Positions 47,155 through 61,441 of a DNA stretch of 64,000 nucleotides are shown here, piece after piece. A program made the position numbers and the translations under genes. Under the pieces are notes generated by a model that was given only the letters and a program-made list of their open reading frames with translations, was not told where the DNA came from and ran no database searches. The stretch is taken from the NCBI RefSeq assembly GCF_000315625.1, contig NW_005434506.1:1-64000 (forward strand). The letters are read 5' to 3'. The stretch is from Guillardia theta CCMP2712 (lineage: Eukaryota > Protista > Cryptophyta). Position 1 is the first letter of the stretch, and each line of letters starts with the position of its first letter.

Positions 47155-47870
47155 TGATGGTGAGAGTGAGCAAGACATGCGAGGAGATCGAACAAGACGT
47201 CTCCCTCTTGCTGTCCAGATTTCATACTGTTGTTGGACTTGACGCGGAATAGTGTTCGGGTAAACATGGTTGGTGTGTCGGTCTTACAGGTATTGATCCT
47301 CTTCGTACTGCACTGTGCTGTTGTTCTCTCACACACGTCCAAGCTCTCTTGTGAAGATGTCGCCCTCGTCATTCAGCTGGGAAGAGCGATGAAAAGCTGC
47401 AGGTCGCCTCAACTCCCCAGGCTTCGAAAGTTGCTGGACGATGCCAGCATCGTCAAAGTTGGGATCAACATCTTTCATGTGAGTACTGGTCGCTACTGCA
47501 TCAATAGACTCATTGGTAAACGATCATGACGTTGTCTTGCTCTTCTTTCCCGTGGACAGGATGCCGATAGGTTGGAGGCGTTGGTTGGCATCAAGACGAG
47601 GTTGGAAAATGGACGACTTTGTCACAAAGCAAATGGCATACTGCCTTTGAAAACGTAAGGTCCATGTTAGACCTGCGATATCTGAGCTCCGTTCATCACA
47701 TCGATGCATTCGGGTTGAAGGTCACTCATTTGTTACTCGGGCTAGCGTGATTGTTTGTGCCTTCAGTCTCTTGCCAAACACAGCAGGAGATTGCTCTGCT
47801 CTACACTGGTCGCATCCAAGCTTGCGATGGGGACGGAGCAGTTTGCATCCTGCCTCCACTCCCCCTGAGT
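47155..47870 (+). pseudogene. Decayed WRN/EXD2-type DEDD 3'-5' exonuclease
   Basis: VRVSKTCEEIEQDVSLLLSRFHTVVGLDAE* (TAG at 47250-47252 in place of the Trp of ExoI DxEW), a frame shift to GVSVLQ, then LSCEDVALVIQL..LRKLLDDASIVKVGINIFH / DADRL (ExoII). The later part is degenerate. Confidence 0.7.
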
Positions 47871-48798
47871 TGTTGGACCCTCCGTTTGGTGAGGACAAGA
47901 GAGGAAGGAGAGCGAAGAAACGCTCGAGCTCGTGCAGAGAGGAGGAGGAGAGGAAGAGGATGTCACACAAGTGTAAAGCTTCGATGCTTGCAACAAGACA
48001 AACAAGCTTGTATCACAACTGCATGCTGCTGGTGCGACACACGAGACGATAGGGAATCATCATGGCATCAGATTGTGACTGGATTGTTCAAAAGCTGTTC
48101 AGTCACCAGTGAGCTCAAGGACACATGTCTTCACAACGATGTCTGACTGAGGTTCTGAAGAAATACAGTGCATTTTAGCAGTGAGCTGCTCGATTGCTTG
48201 AAACAACCGTCACTCACTACCCGGTGACCGACGGTACCGGCGGTATGATCCACAGCACTATCACTAGTCATGATCAAATGACTCTGTGACAAGCAAGTCT
48301 GAGTGGTTCCTGAAGGAGTCGGACTGCTGACCGTCGACCGGGCCGGCGGCGCGGTCCGATCACGATAGCGACCCCGGATTCTTAGTGACTCAACTGACTA
48401 AGTTCCGTCATGATACATAAAGGTCGAGCTGCCTTTTCAATCATCCTATATCACTCCTGAGGGGGGCTCATAATCCAGTGTCAGCAGAAATTGATGATGG
48501 AGATGCAAAGAGGGGGGAGAGGGCAGGGAGGGAGGAGGAGGAGAGGGCGGGGAGGGAGGAGGAGGAGAGGAAGAGGAGAAGAGGAGAGGCATCGACATGA
48601 GCATTGATGATGCCTAAGAAGAAGGAAAGGGGAGGAGTTGATGATCAGGGGAGGTAGGTATGATATCAGTGTGAAATGTTGCTTTCACGAACAAGACGGG
48701 ACCTGGAGTGCAGAGGAAACTATGAGCAAGCAACATCGTCCTTGAATTTGATTCCTTCCTATCAGGATGATTGCACGCATCCCCTTCAACACCAGAGC

Positions 48799-49262
48799 AT
48801 GGATTTCCCAGCATTTCGCATCGTATCGTGGCGCGTCTGTTCCAGAGCAATCGAGCCGGAATGGTTAAACCTTCCCCTGCCCTCGCCTACATGCAAGTAT
48901 GACGACAGATCAGGTCTGAGGTGCTTGCTGGGATGCTCGCAGAGCTCGAGGCGTCGGAGCTTCTCCTCCTCAAGGTCGAGAGCTTGGAGATCCCGTTGCT
49001 CACTATCCTTCTTACACTCGCTCTGCAGTGACGGCAAAGAAGAGGAAAGCAACAAAGGTGAGAGTAGCAGAAGCAAATGCGGAGGATTGGGGTGGAGCAG
49101 GGAGCAGGGAACAAGGAGCAGGGAGCAGGGAACAAGGAGCATGGGGGCAGGGGGCAGGGGGCAGGGGGCGAGGGGGCGAGGGGCGAGGGGCAGGGGCAGG
49201 GGGCAGGGGCAGGGGGCAGGGGGCAGGGGGCAGGGGGCAGGGGGCAGGGGGCAGGGGGCAGG

Positions 49263-49322
<60 letters not shown>

Positions 49323-51798
49323 AAGGAGGAAGGGGGGGAAAGACAGATGCAGCGATGTCGTTGGGAACAGAAGGGAGCGGGTAGGGAGCATTTAAGTATT
49401 TTTACCCTCAGAGCGATCCAAGTGGATAGGACGAGCAGCTTTCTCGGTCCCCATCGCCGGTGAAGGGGGAAGGAGCTGTTGGGGGGGGGCTGAGATCTTG
49501 CAGTGACGATGGGGCTCGGAGTCTGGCAGTCAAGGAGATACTTCGAGAAGATCGACGAGATTGAGATGAGGACAGCAGGTTGAAGCGCTGAAGAACCTCC
49601 CGCTCCCTCCTGCTCCTCGTCCTCCTTCTCTCCCTCCACCACTGCTAGCGCCATCACCACTGTTTCCTCCTTCAACCATCCTCCTCCTCCTCCTCCTCCT
49701 CCCTTTCTTCCTCCTGCTCCCTCCACTTCTGCTCTCACCTTTCTTCATTCTCTCAGCCATGACTTGGTGCTCCCTTCGCTGCTCCTTCCTATGCCACTGC
49801 ACGCTACTTGCATTTCTCCTGTTCCTGCTGCTACTCACACTTTTGTTCTGCTGTTGATTTTGCAAGCACCATCACTATTTCGATCATCATCAACATCATT
49901 TATGACATCATCTTCATTGGCAGATCTGTCGAAGAATGAAGTTGATCTGGACAAAATGAAGAAAGTTGAAGACTGGACGGCATTGCTTTACAAGAAAGTC
50001 AAGGTAAACACGAGCTGTGCTTGTTCTTTGCTGCCCTCCTTCTCAGCTCCCCTACCCATCATCTATCCTCCTCCTCTCCTCCTCTCCTCCTCTCCTCCTC
50101 TCCTCCTCTCCTCCTCTCCTCCTCTCCTCCTCTCCTCCTCCCCTCCTCTTCTCTTCCTCCTCATTTATCACCACCGCCATTTCCCTCGCCCCCCGGGCTC
50201 CTAGAAATCTTCGCGTGGTCACCTTGTCATCATGGCCTTATGTTATTTTTCCATCAAGTTCCTGATCCTATCCCACTGACGCGCTGACGGNNNNNNNNNN
50301 NNNNNNNNNNNNNNNNNNNNNNNNNNNNNNNNNNNNNNNNNNNNNNNNNNNNNNNNNNNNNNNNNNNNNNNNNNNNNNNNNNNNNNNNNNTTCCTTCCTC
50401 CTCCATCTTTCCCTTCTGCCGCACCTTCATCTTCCTTCTCGATCTTGTCTCAGTCCTCCTCTGCCTCCTCCTCTGCCTCCTCCTCTCCTCCTCATCCACT
50501 GACTAGCTGACTGACAGCGGGCAGTGGATCCTCGTAAGTCGCGGTTGGATCCCGAGGAGGATGAGAAAGGACTATCCCATCAGTCAAGGTCTCCTCTCAG
50601 TTGACCTCGTCTCCCTCCTCCTTTCCACCTCCTCTCTCTCCTTCCCCTTGACTCCTTGCCCCTCTCTCCTCTCACCTCGCGTGCTGTTCTCCTTCCTTTT
50701 CTCCCGATCTTCTTCTCACGTCTATTGCCCTGCAGGGGATGAAGAAATCACCCTCGTCCTTACTCCTCAGCCCAAGGTGAACCAGCACACAATTTCTTTC
50801 CTCTCCTCTTTCTCCCTTCCCCTCCTCTCGTCTCCTCTCGTCTCCTCTCGTCTCCTCTCGTCTCCTCTCATCTCCTCTCCTTTCGTCTCCTCTTCTCTCG
50901 TCTCCTCTTCTCTCGTCTCCTCTTCTCTCGTCTCCTCTCGTCTCGTCTCCTCTCGTCTCGTCTCCTCTCCGCTCCTCTCTTTCAACTCATACCCTTCTCT
51001 CCTCTCCTCTCCTCTCCTCTCCTCTCCTCTCCTCTCCTCTCCTAACGCAACCATGGTTCTTCTCAGGCTGGAAGTCTCGCCCCTAAGAACGATCCAGAGC
51101 AGAACAGCTGGTTCAGGTGAACAGCTGAACCATCACAATTCCTACCTTGTCCTCCTCCTCTCCCTCTCCTCCACTTCCATCCTCCTCCCCCAATATTGTC
51201 TCATCCCACTTCCTCTCCTCACTTCCGCTTCTCCTTCCTTTTGCTCATCATCGTCATAGTGTGGATCTAGCGGCCATGTCCGACTTCGCTCAGCTGCCGG
51301 AAGTCGCTCCCTTCGCGGAGCTCATCAGTGAGTAGAGAGGAGAAGATAGGGAGTGAGGGGAAGGGGAGGAAGGGAAGGAGGAGGCAGAGCAGATGGTAGG
51401 AGGAAGAAGGGAGAAAGAGACAGGGAAGGGAGCAGGAGGATGGGAAAATGGAGAGAGAGGAGAGGGAGGGGAAGAGCATAGATGGAAAACGACAAAGCGA
51501 GCATGCAGAGGAGTGCAGGGGAAGGCAGAAGAGTGTCTGCTGACTGGCTGCTGCAGATCCTGTTGAAGGAGGGAAGTTTCCTCGACCCAAGAAGGTGGGG
51601 GCGCCTGTTATCCGTCCTTGTGTTGTGACACAGAGCAGGAGGGCGACCTGATCAACTTCTACGTCACTCCTGCTACGCATCTCTCCTACGCTGCCACTTG
51701 GTGAGAGGCAACAATGATTGTCTTGCTCCCTCACTCGCCTCGTCAGGTACATGCTGTCGGGTGCAATGGCAGTAGCCACCTACTACCGTTTCAGGTGA
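48799..51798 (+). CDS. SURF1: SURF1/Shy1 cytochrome c oxidase assembly protein, multi-exon
   Basis: Arg/Ser-rich mitochondrial-type leader; VPIAVTMGLGVWQSRRYFEK; GQWILVSRGWIP; PKNDPEQNSWF / SVDLAAMS; PATHLSYAATWYMLSGAMAVATYYRFR*. One exon probably lies near or in the gap. Confidence 0.9.
49143..49323 (+). repeat. (GGGGGCA)n heptamer tract followed by (GAGGAC)n in a SURF1 intron
   Basis: Read directly from the sequence. Confidence 0.9.
50291..50390. other. Assembly gap (100 N)
   Basis: Run of N. Confidence 1.
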
Positions 51799-52066
51799 AA
51801 CCTGTCGACACACCTGACTGGTACAAACCGGGACGACCACGATGAAACGGACTTGTTGATTTGATCAAGATCAAGCCTAACATTTTCGTCACTGATGAAG
51901 GAAAAGCCCCACGTTCGCTGAGTCTATGTCATGTTAGCGTAAGAACGGCCAATCAGAGGCATCTTGCAAAAATGCTATGCAGTATGTACTACAATGCAGT
52001 GCGGGTGAATAGGCCAAAGAGCATGAAAGAATACAGAGAGTTTTATTCATCGGCTCTTCTCATCGC

Positions 52067-52252
52067 TTACGAGCGGTTGTAGAAGTAGTCCCAGTGGTTG
52101 CGGGCGCGGACCCAGTCGTCGTAGGCAGCAGCATCGTTGGCCTTGTAGTAGGTGTCAGCGGAGGCGTTGTAGAGCTGGCGGGCCTGGGCGTTCTGGCCGG
52201 CGGCCTTGGCGTAGAGAGCAGCAGCAGTCTGTCCGTAGAGGGTCTGGAACAT
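52067..52252 (-). CDS. Small Ala/Tyr-rich protein (61 aa)
   Basis: MFQTLYGQTAAALYAKAAGQNAQARQLYNASADTYYKANDAAAYDDWVRARNHWDYFYNRS*. Strong C-ending codon bias; an intron acceptor (ttttccag) sits directly before the ATG. Confidence 0.65.
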   Translation of the reverse strand: MFQTLYGQTAAALYAKAAGQNAQARQLYNASADTYYKANDAAAYDDWVRARNHWDYFYNRS

Positions 52253-53750
52253 CTGGAAAAGAAACATGAGAAACTATGAAACCATTTGAGCCGCAATGGT
52301 CCTTCATGATCAAACAACCCATCAATCATCTTCTCTTCCTTTCCTGAGCTTCTCCCTCCCGAATCTCCTTCCAAAGCACCTTGATCTTCCTCTCTCTCAG
52401 CACCTGTCTTCTTTCTCTCCCTCCCTCCTCTCGATCGCCATCCCTCCCCATCCTCCGCCTTCAACATGTCGCATGCGCACAGGCATCGTCTCACCTTCGT
52501 GTGCAGAACGTCCTCCGCCGCTGCTTCATATAGACCCCCACCCCACCTATCCCTACCCTACCCGGGTACCATGATTAATTTAGAGCCACCCAGCTACCTT
52601 CAACTACCCTTGCACATTCCTTTGGTCAACACCCCTACCCTGTCATTTCCGACTGGTTTCTCCGGGATAGTACCAGTACCCATGACCCCTTGTGGTCTGG
52701 AGCGATCGGTACTCTTTTCGGCGAAATGAGTTCAACTCTCCTTGTTCTCATGGGGTGGGGTGGTATTTGTGTGGGGTCCTACTACCCCCTTTCACAGAGG
52801 CATCCCGAAATAGGAAAAATGGTTGAGTAAAACTGAGAGGCTCGTAACCTGCTACTGAAGTAACTGTTGCCTAAACCCGGCGGGCCCGGGTCTGAGTCAC
52901 CGGGCCCGGGCCCGGCCGGGCCGCCAGTAAGGGCCCGTCGGATCGGACCTTGCAGTGTCACACGGTTTCAAGTTGCAAGTTTCAGTGACAATGATGGCCC
53001 TGGCTTGGAACAAACTGGCTTGGAACAAACTGCACTCAGCCGCGGCGGCGGCAAGCACTCCCGGAGCCTGACTCGCTGAGCACTGAGCACTGCACACGGT
53101 GCCGCCGGGCCCGCGGTAGTGTCGTCGGCACCGAGCAGTGGCAGTGGTGTGATCATGATTCGCTGGAAGCGAGCCTAAGTTGAGTCCCATCGGAGTCACC
53201 GGCGTCCGTCACAGCCGCCGGGCAGCCCGGGCCGGCCGGCCCCGCCCGCGGCCGGGAATCTGGATTATCCCTGCCGTATTGGGAGGTAGTGAGTCACTGG
53301 GCGGCCGTCCCGAGTCCGATCGGACCCGGCCCGGCAGAGTCTTAGTGATCAGTGCCACGATGCGGCGGCATGACTGGGTCCGGGACTGAGCGCCGGGCGG
53401 CCCGGGGCCGGCCGCCGGGCCGGCCGATCGGACTGCAAAAAAAACGGTTACAGAGCGTTACCTAACGAAGAGGCGCCGACAATGAACTTGGTACGGCAGT
53501 GACAAGGGGGGAGAGGGGAAGGGAGGAAATGATGTGATGGCGAAGAGGGAGAGAAGTAGCAGATGATGAGAGAAGATGGAACCAATGTGTAGATGGTGAG
53601 GATAGTGGTATGATTTGGGGGAGGAGAAAGATGATAGGTGAGGAATTCATGATTGAAGATGGATTTTTGTTTGTCCGCATGGGAATGGTCGAGGATGAGG
53701 CAGGTCGGTGAGACAAACTCGAAGAGGATCAGGTACAAAGCTTGAGGTGA

Positions 53751-53856
53751 TCTAGCCTATGTTGCAACAGATAAGAAGGAAGATAGAAGATTGGAATGAG
53801 TGTATCTAGCCTATACTGCAACAGATAAGAAGGAAGATAGAAGATTGGAATGAGTG
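53751..53856 (+). repeat. 54-bp tandem duplication
   Basis: TCTAGCCTAT..GCAACAGATAAGAAGGAAGATAGAAGATTGGAATGAGTG begins at both 53751 and 53805. Confidence 0.9.
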
Positions 53857-53985
53857 CAAAGAGGAGACGTGGGCTGGAGCGAGATGGAGAGGCGATAATG
53901 CTGCTGTGTGAACGGGGCAGGGAGAGCGGATGAGGGGATGAATGAGAGAGGGAGGAGGGTGCGAAGTGCTGACATCTGGCGACAG

Positions 53986-56286
<2,301 letters not shown>

Positions 56287-56553
56287 TTGAAAATTTCACT
56301 ATTTCAGCTTTTCGTTCTCTCATTTCCCCCTTCTCTCATTCCACACTCGCAACCTCGTCATCCGTCTGCTTTCATCTTGTGGTGAGCTCACCGCAGACAG
56401 ATCAACAACTGTACATGTCCCCTTGCATCTCCTGGCTCTTCACTCACCCCTTCAACTACTTTCACTCCGTCGCTTTCTCCCATGAAAGCTTCTTGTATTC
56501 TCAATGGTGCTGCTTCTTTCCTCGTAAGGCATCCTTCCTGGTCTCTCGTTCTT

Positions 56554-56595
<42 letters not shown>

Positions 56596-57854
56596 CTCCT
56601 CCTCCTCGTCCTCATCCTTGTCCTCGACCTCGTCCTCCCACCTCCCTTTGCTTACCTGCATGTGCTTATATATCTTGCAGGCCCCGGCAAAAATCTTGCC
56701 AGAGACTACCGTCTCTGGGCTCACCTCAGTACATTCCTAACAAAAATTATGAGGCAGCAAAATACTAATAGATGACAAGGGCAGATGACAACCGTCGATT
56801 CACTGCCGCAGTGCGTGTCAATCTGATCACCGTCACACAGTACAGTACGGTAGTGCGGCAGTGCCCGTAGTACGGTACCCGGCCCTGGTTCGAGCCTGAG
56901 TCACTGAGTCCCGGCGATGTCACTGAGCGGGCCCGAACTGTCGGTCAGTGAAATGGCGGTGACGGTCGGACTCAGACAGGCTCCCGACTGGCGGCCGCGT
57001 GCCCGGCTTACTGCGGCAGTGCCCGATGTGGCGGCCGGGGCCAGCCTGGTTACAGTACTGAGTCATCGGACGCCGGGCCCCGGAGGCCGGGGTGAGCGCG
57101 GCCGCGGCAGTGACTCGGCGGCCAAGATGGCCGTACTGCAGAGTCCGACCGTCTGGGAGACAAAAAGAGCCTCGGAGCACGGGGCCCGGGGATCCGATGA
57201 TCATAGGCTAGGCCCGGGCAGATGGTCGGTCGGGAGTCTGCAGAGGCACTTGCCAGCACGGCGGCACCGTGACTGCGGCAAATCTTGTCAGTGAGGTCAT
57301 GATGCAGCCATCAAGAGAAACCGACCCGAACAGCCTAAGCCAGCGGCGTAGGGGACACGGAGACATGATCAGTGATGGTCGATGGTGAGGCATGCCAGCC
57401 AGAAGCCAGAGGACGGCCTAATCGACAGATCTGATCTCTTCGGAGTCGACGCGGAGTAAAAAACTTCCCAACCGTCTGTCATGCTCCTCAAAAGCACATC
57501 GCCTCGCATGGCTCTTCGAGCGATAAGGCCGTCAGGATAGCAACCGCTCCTGAAATCCCAGCGGTTGGAAACAGAATCAGGACTAAAGTAGTAAGCCGAT
57601 CACGGTTTCCACTGCACGATCCTCGTAGTAAACATCCAGCCTCCACCTATAAACTCCGCAGCCCCGTTGCCCACTGCACCATCCGATGAGCTCCGCCCTC
57701 CAGCACCTCATTGCTCTTCCCCTCGACGCTCAAGCTCAGCTCGCTCTCGATCTCCCCTCGCTCCTTGCTCTCTGACCCCTCCTCCTCACAATCTCTCCAA
57801 CTCCCTTCTCCTCCTCCTGTGCAGATCTCCTGCATGACCACAACAGACAAGATG

Positions 57855-58798
57855 TGGCACCGATGCTCGCGCTCCCTCCGCCGCCTGTCCGTCCACGCGT
57901 CTCCCCGCGCTGCTTCCAAGCCTCTCGCTTCCGAGGTTGCCGATGCCTATGCAGACCATCAGCCCGCATTCCCACGCCCCAACCGTCTCCTGCACTGCAG
58001 CAGCCTCTCTCTTCTGTCCTCCCGGATGTACGCCTGGCAGCTGGAGGACTTCGAGGAGCAGCAGGTCGCCTACAGGTCGCCGGGCTGCGTCACGTGCAGG
58101 ATGTGCAGTCTTGAGAGCATCAGACGGCCAGCGATTGACCAGGGGGGCAGGCTGGAGGCTGGAGGGCTTCTTGGGGCGGTCAAGAGGGCCGGGTCAGGGC
58201 TTGGCCCATCCATCGACCGTGCGGGGAACTTTGTGATGGAAGGAGATCGAGCCCGATCCAAGAGCGCTCCTTGACCCCATCCCAGTATGGCGTCAGTGTG
58301 GACACGTGTGTCATCGGCATGTGGCCTTTGTCCGATAGGAAATGTTGATAGAGTCATAGGTTATTATACTTGAGAGATGCAATGAACTGCTTCATGAACT
58401 GCTACTTTATCCTCAGACTCCGGTTGATCATCCGTGAATACTAGGCGGTGCAAGTGACGCCGATCGGCGACCTGCAGGCGACCTGCTGCAAGCCTTGGCT
58501 GCCGCAGTGCTCAAAGTCCCGGGACTTCCCGTTGACGGTCGAGGCTGCCGGAGCACATCCGGGAGGACAGAAGAGAGAGGCTGCTGCAGTGCAGGAGACG
58601 GTTGGGGCGTGGGGATGCGGAGCACATCCGGGAGGACAGAAGAGAGAGGCTGCTGCAGTGCAGGAGACGGTTGGGGCGTGGGAATGCGGGCTGATGGTCT
58701 GCATAGGCATCGGCAACCTCGGAAGCGAGAGGCTTGGAAGCAGCGCGGGGAGACGCGTGGACGGACAGGCGGCGGAGGGAGCGCGAGCAATGGTGCCA
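57855..58798. repeat. Long inverted repeat: 166-bp arms (57864-58029 and 58624-58789) with an internal 69-bp tandem duplication
   Basis: The arms are reverse complements by eye (identical peptides in ORFs 57854..58114 + and 58428..58868 -). 58549-58617 duplicates 58618-58686. Weaker similarity between about 58057-58098 and 58449-58489. Confidence 0.92.
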
Positions 58799-59013
58799 GA
58801 CCAGTGCGAAATGTTTTCGAGTTGTGTCGGAACCTTTGATGGTAGGTATAAGTGGGATGCCCTTGCACTGTCCAGCACTGAGTGTGAAACCTTTGAAGCT
58901 ATTGTTGGCTACAGGGAGTTGTCAACCCAAAATATCTCTCAACTGCAGTGACATTCACGGTGCATGAGGGTCGTCAAGTCAAGGTTGGAGTTCGATCATG
59001 TAGTGAAGAACGA

Positions 59014-61441
59014 CTAGCTCATGCTTTCAAATCTCTGCTGCTGTTTCTCACCTGAAAGAAGTCTTCGTTGCCTTGCTCTTTGGAGGGCAGGTGCACGGAG
59101 ATGCGAGGGACCGGGTGGACCTGCCGAGGGGTCGGCATCTTGTCGAAACTTGAGTTGTGGCCCTTCTGCACCAACCAGAGTCAACCCTTGAAGGAGCATG
59201 ACGACATTCATGCGGTGCAGGCTCACATTCCGTGCTGAGAGCGGCGCTGGTCTTGGTGCGTTAGGAGGGAAGGTAATGTTGTTGATCGCCACAGGCTGAA
59301 CGGCCTCGTTCCCCTTGCGGAACTGCGACAGCATCAGTTCGAGGCAAATAAGCTTGAATCTGATCCACACAGTTTGGCCTTCTACGAATATCATGTCTTT
59401 TCCTGTCTTGAAGTGCTTGGCCACCATGATTCTTTTACAATTCAGGGACGGCAAACGATTCTTGTATTCCTTCCAAGCAAGTTCACGTGTATCCATTTTT
59501 TCCAGCTGAAGAATGAGGTCAGTGTGAGAACAAGGATCCTGAGACCAAGTACCTCAAAGGATACCCTTTCCTCTTCCAGCGTGCTGAGCCGCTTCTTCAA
59601 ATCTTCCTTCTCCTGGAAGCGTGGTTGATAAGGTCGTTTTTCAAACCAGGCATCAAGTACCTTAGCCAATCTGTTCTCCTGAGCATCTAGCCTTTTCCTC
59701 TTTTCCGCAATGGCCCTTCTCTCTTCCTCCAAAGTTCGCTGGAATTGCTCAAGTTTTGACGAAGTGTGAGAAATTTCTTCTAATTTGCTCTTCACGTTCT
59801 TCAAATTGTTGAGATTGCTCTCTTCAATCTGGCATTGCTTTTCTCGTTCTTCAACCTCCCTCTCCCTCTCAACCACTTGTTGTTCCCTCCGCTCGATCAT
59901 CTTGTTCTTCTTATCCAGAATTCGATGACGAAATTTCATGGTGGCCCTAGTGATCACAGCCTTTTGAAGTATTCGGCCGCAAAAGTCATCCATGCGTTCT
60001 TCGAGCACTGAACAATTGTCGTCTCGCAAGATCTCAGCAACGACGTCTTTGTTCATATTGTACAACAACTTCTCCAACTTCATCACCCTGTTCCTCAAGT
60101 TCTCGATCAAAGAGTCTTGCCGCTTGACTCTGGTAGGCAAATCGCATTCATACAGGTGACTACGCTCCATCTTCAGTTGTATTCTATCCCTTTCCTTCGC
60201 AAACAACCTTCTCTGCAAAATGATCGCCTTTTCCCTGTCATCCCTTCCTTCTGTTTGCAGCCTTTCTTGGATGGTTGCAATCTCTTGATCGAGGATTCTG
60301 ATGAATCGTTCGCAAGCAGCCTCGCTCTGCTCAAGGTTTATACCGTTGAGAGCATCCACATCCCTCGTCGGCACCTCCAAGTTAGGCATGTCTGCTTTCG
60401 TAGGCGAGACTGGTCCATACTCAGTGGGAGCTCTTGATCGCTCCGAATCGTCGCTACTCTTCTTGAAATCTGACTGATTCCACAACATCACATTCTCTTT
60501 ATCCATGTTAGCACCAGGAGAGCTTGAAGGGCCCTCGATGTTGCTGTCCTCCCTCGCTAAGAAATAGCTCTTCGGATGTTCTAATATCTCCCCAGCAAAC
60601 GAGAAAGCCTCTGGTATCCAGTCCTCCTCTGAAGGCGCATTCGCATTCTCAATGGGGTGCAATCCGGTTTCGAGGGAATGGCTGAGGGAGATTCGCCGCC
60701 TCATATCCTTTAGGACCGTGTGATTGACTGGCTGTAGCTGACCCCCTCTGATTGCCTCTGCTCCTGGAGACGCCGCTATCTCTGCATTCTTTCTAGCAGA
60801 GAAGATGATATAGTCCTCATCACCGGCAGAATTCATATCCGAGACTGGTGTTAGGTCTATGCTTTGATTGTATTGAGCCATTGGAGAGAACGGCTTGACC
60901 ACCTGTAACAAACACGGAGTGTCACAACGGACGTAGAGAATGATACAAAAGAAGCAGAGCACCGATCAAACAAGCAAGTGCTGTGGCAGATGAAGAATAA
61001 AGATAGTTTACCTCCAAGTGGATCAAAGTGTCAAAACCCTCGTCAAGACCTGGTTGGGTTTTGAGACGAAACTCAAGACTTCATGAAGTTCGAGGATGAC
61101 TACTTCACGATTAGAAGATGTTGCTCTTTGACGGCAAACCTGTCACATGTTAATACGGTCAGCTGATGATACACTTCACATGCTTCTGACAATCTCCAGC
61201 TACGATCGTCACTAGACTAAGCTAAATCATCTTTTAGCTTCTACCTCTTCGCATTCTAACGGAGGTCAATGATTGTTAATTCTTTTCCATCTAAGCCATG
61301 GGTTGACTGATGCGCCTTTTTCAACCAAGCATCTACCGATGCCCTTGCAAGTACATGATCTTCTCTTGTTTCTGCCCCCTCCTTACTCCTTGAACAAAGC
61401 GCAGATATTGGCTGCTTATAAGCCCTCTTCGATACTTTCAT
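59014..61441 (-). CDS. Hypothetical long coiled-coil protein, multi-exon
   Basis: 506-aa ORF 59442-60962 with extended E/K/R heptads, spliced to ORF 59014-59496. The 5' exons up to about 61441 are tentative. Confidence 0.6.

Noticed and set aside
48786-49865. Minus-strand ORFs 48786-49391, 48887-49738 and 49530-49865
   Set aside because: They are antisense shadows of SURF1 exons and low-complexity introns; the plus strand carries the conserved motifs.
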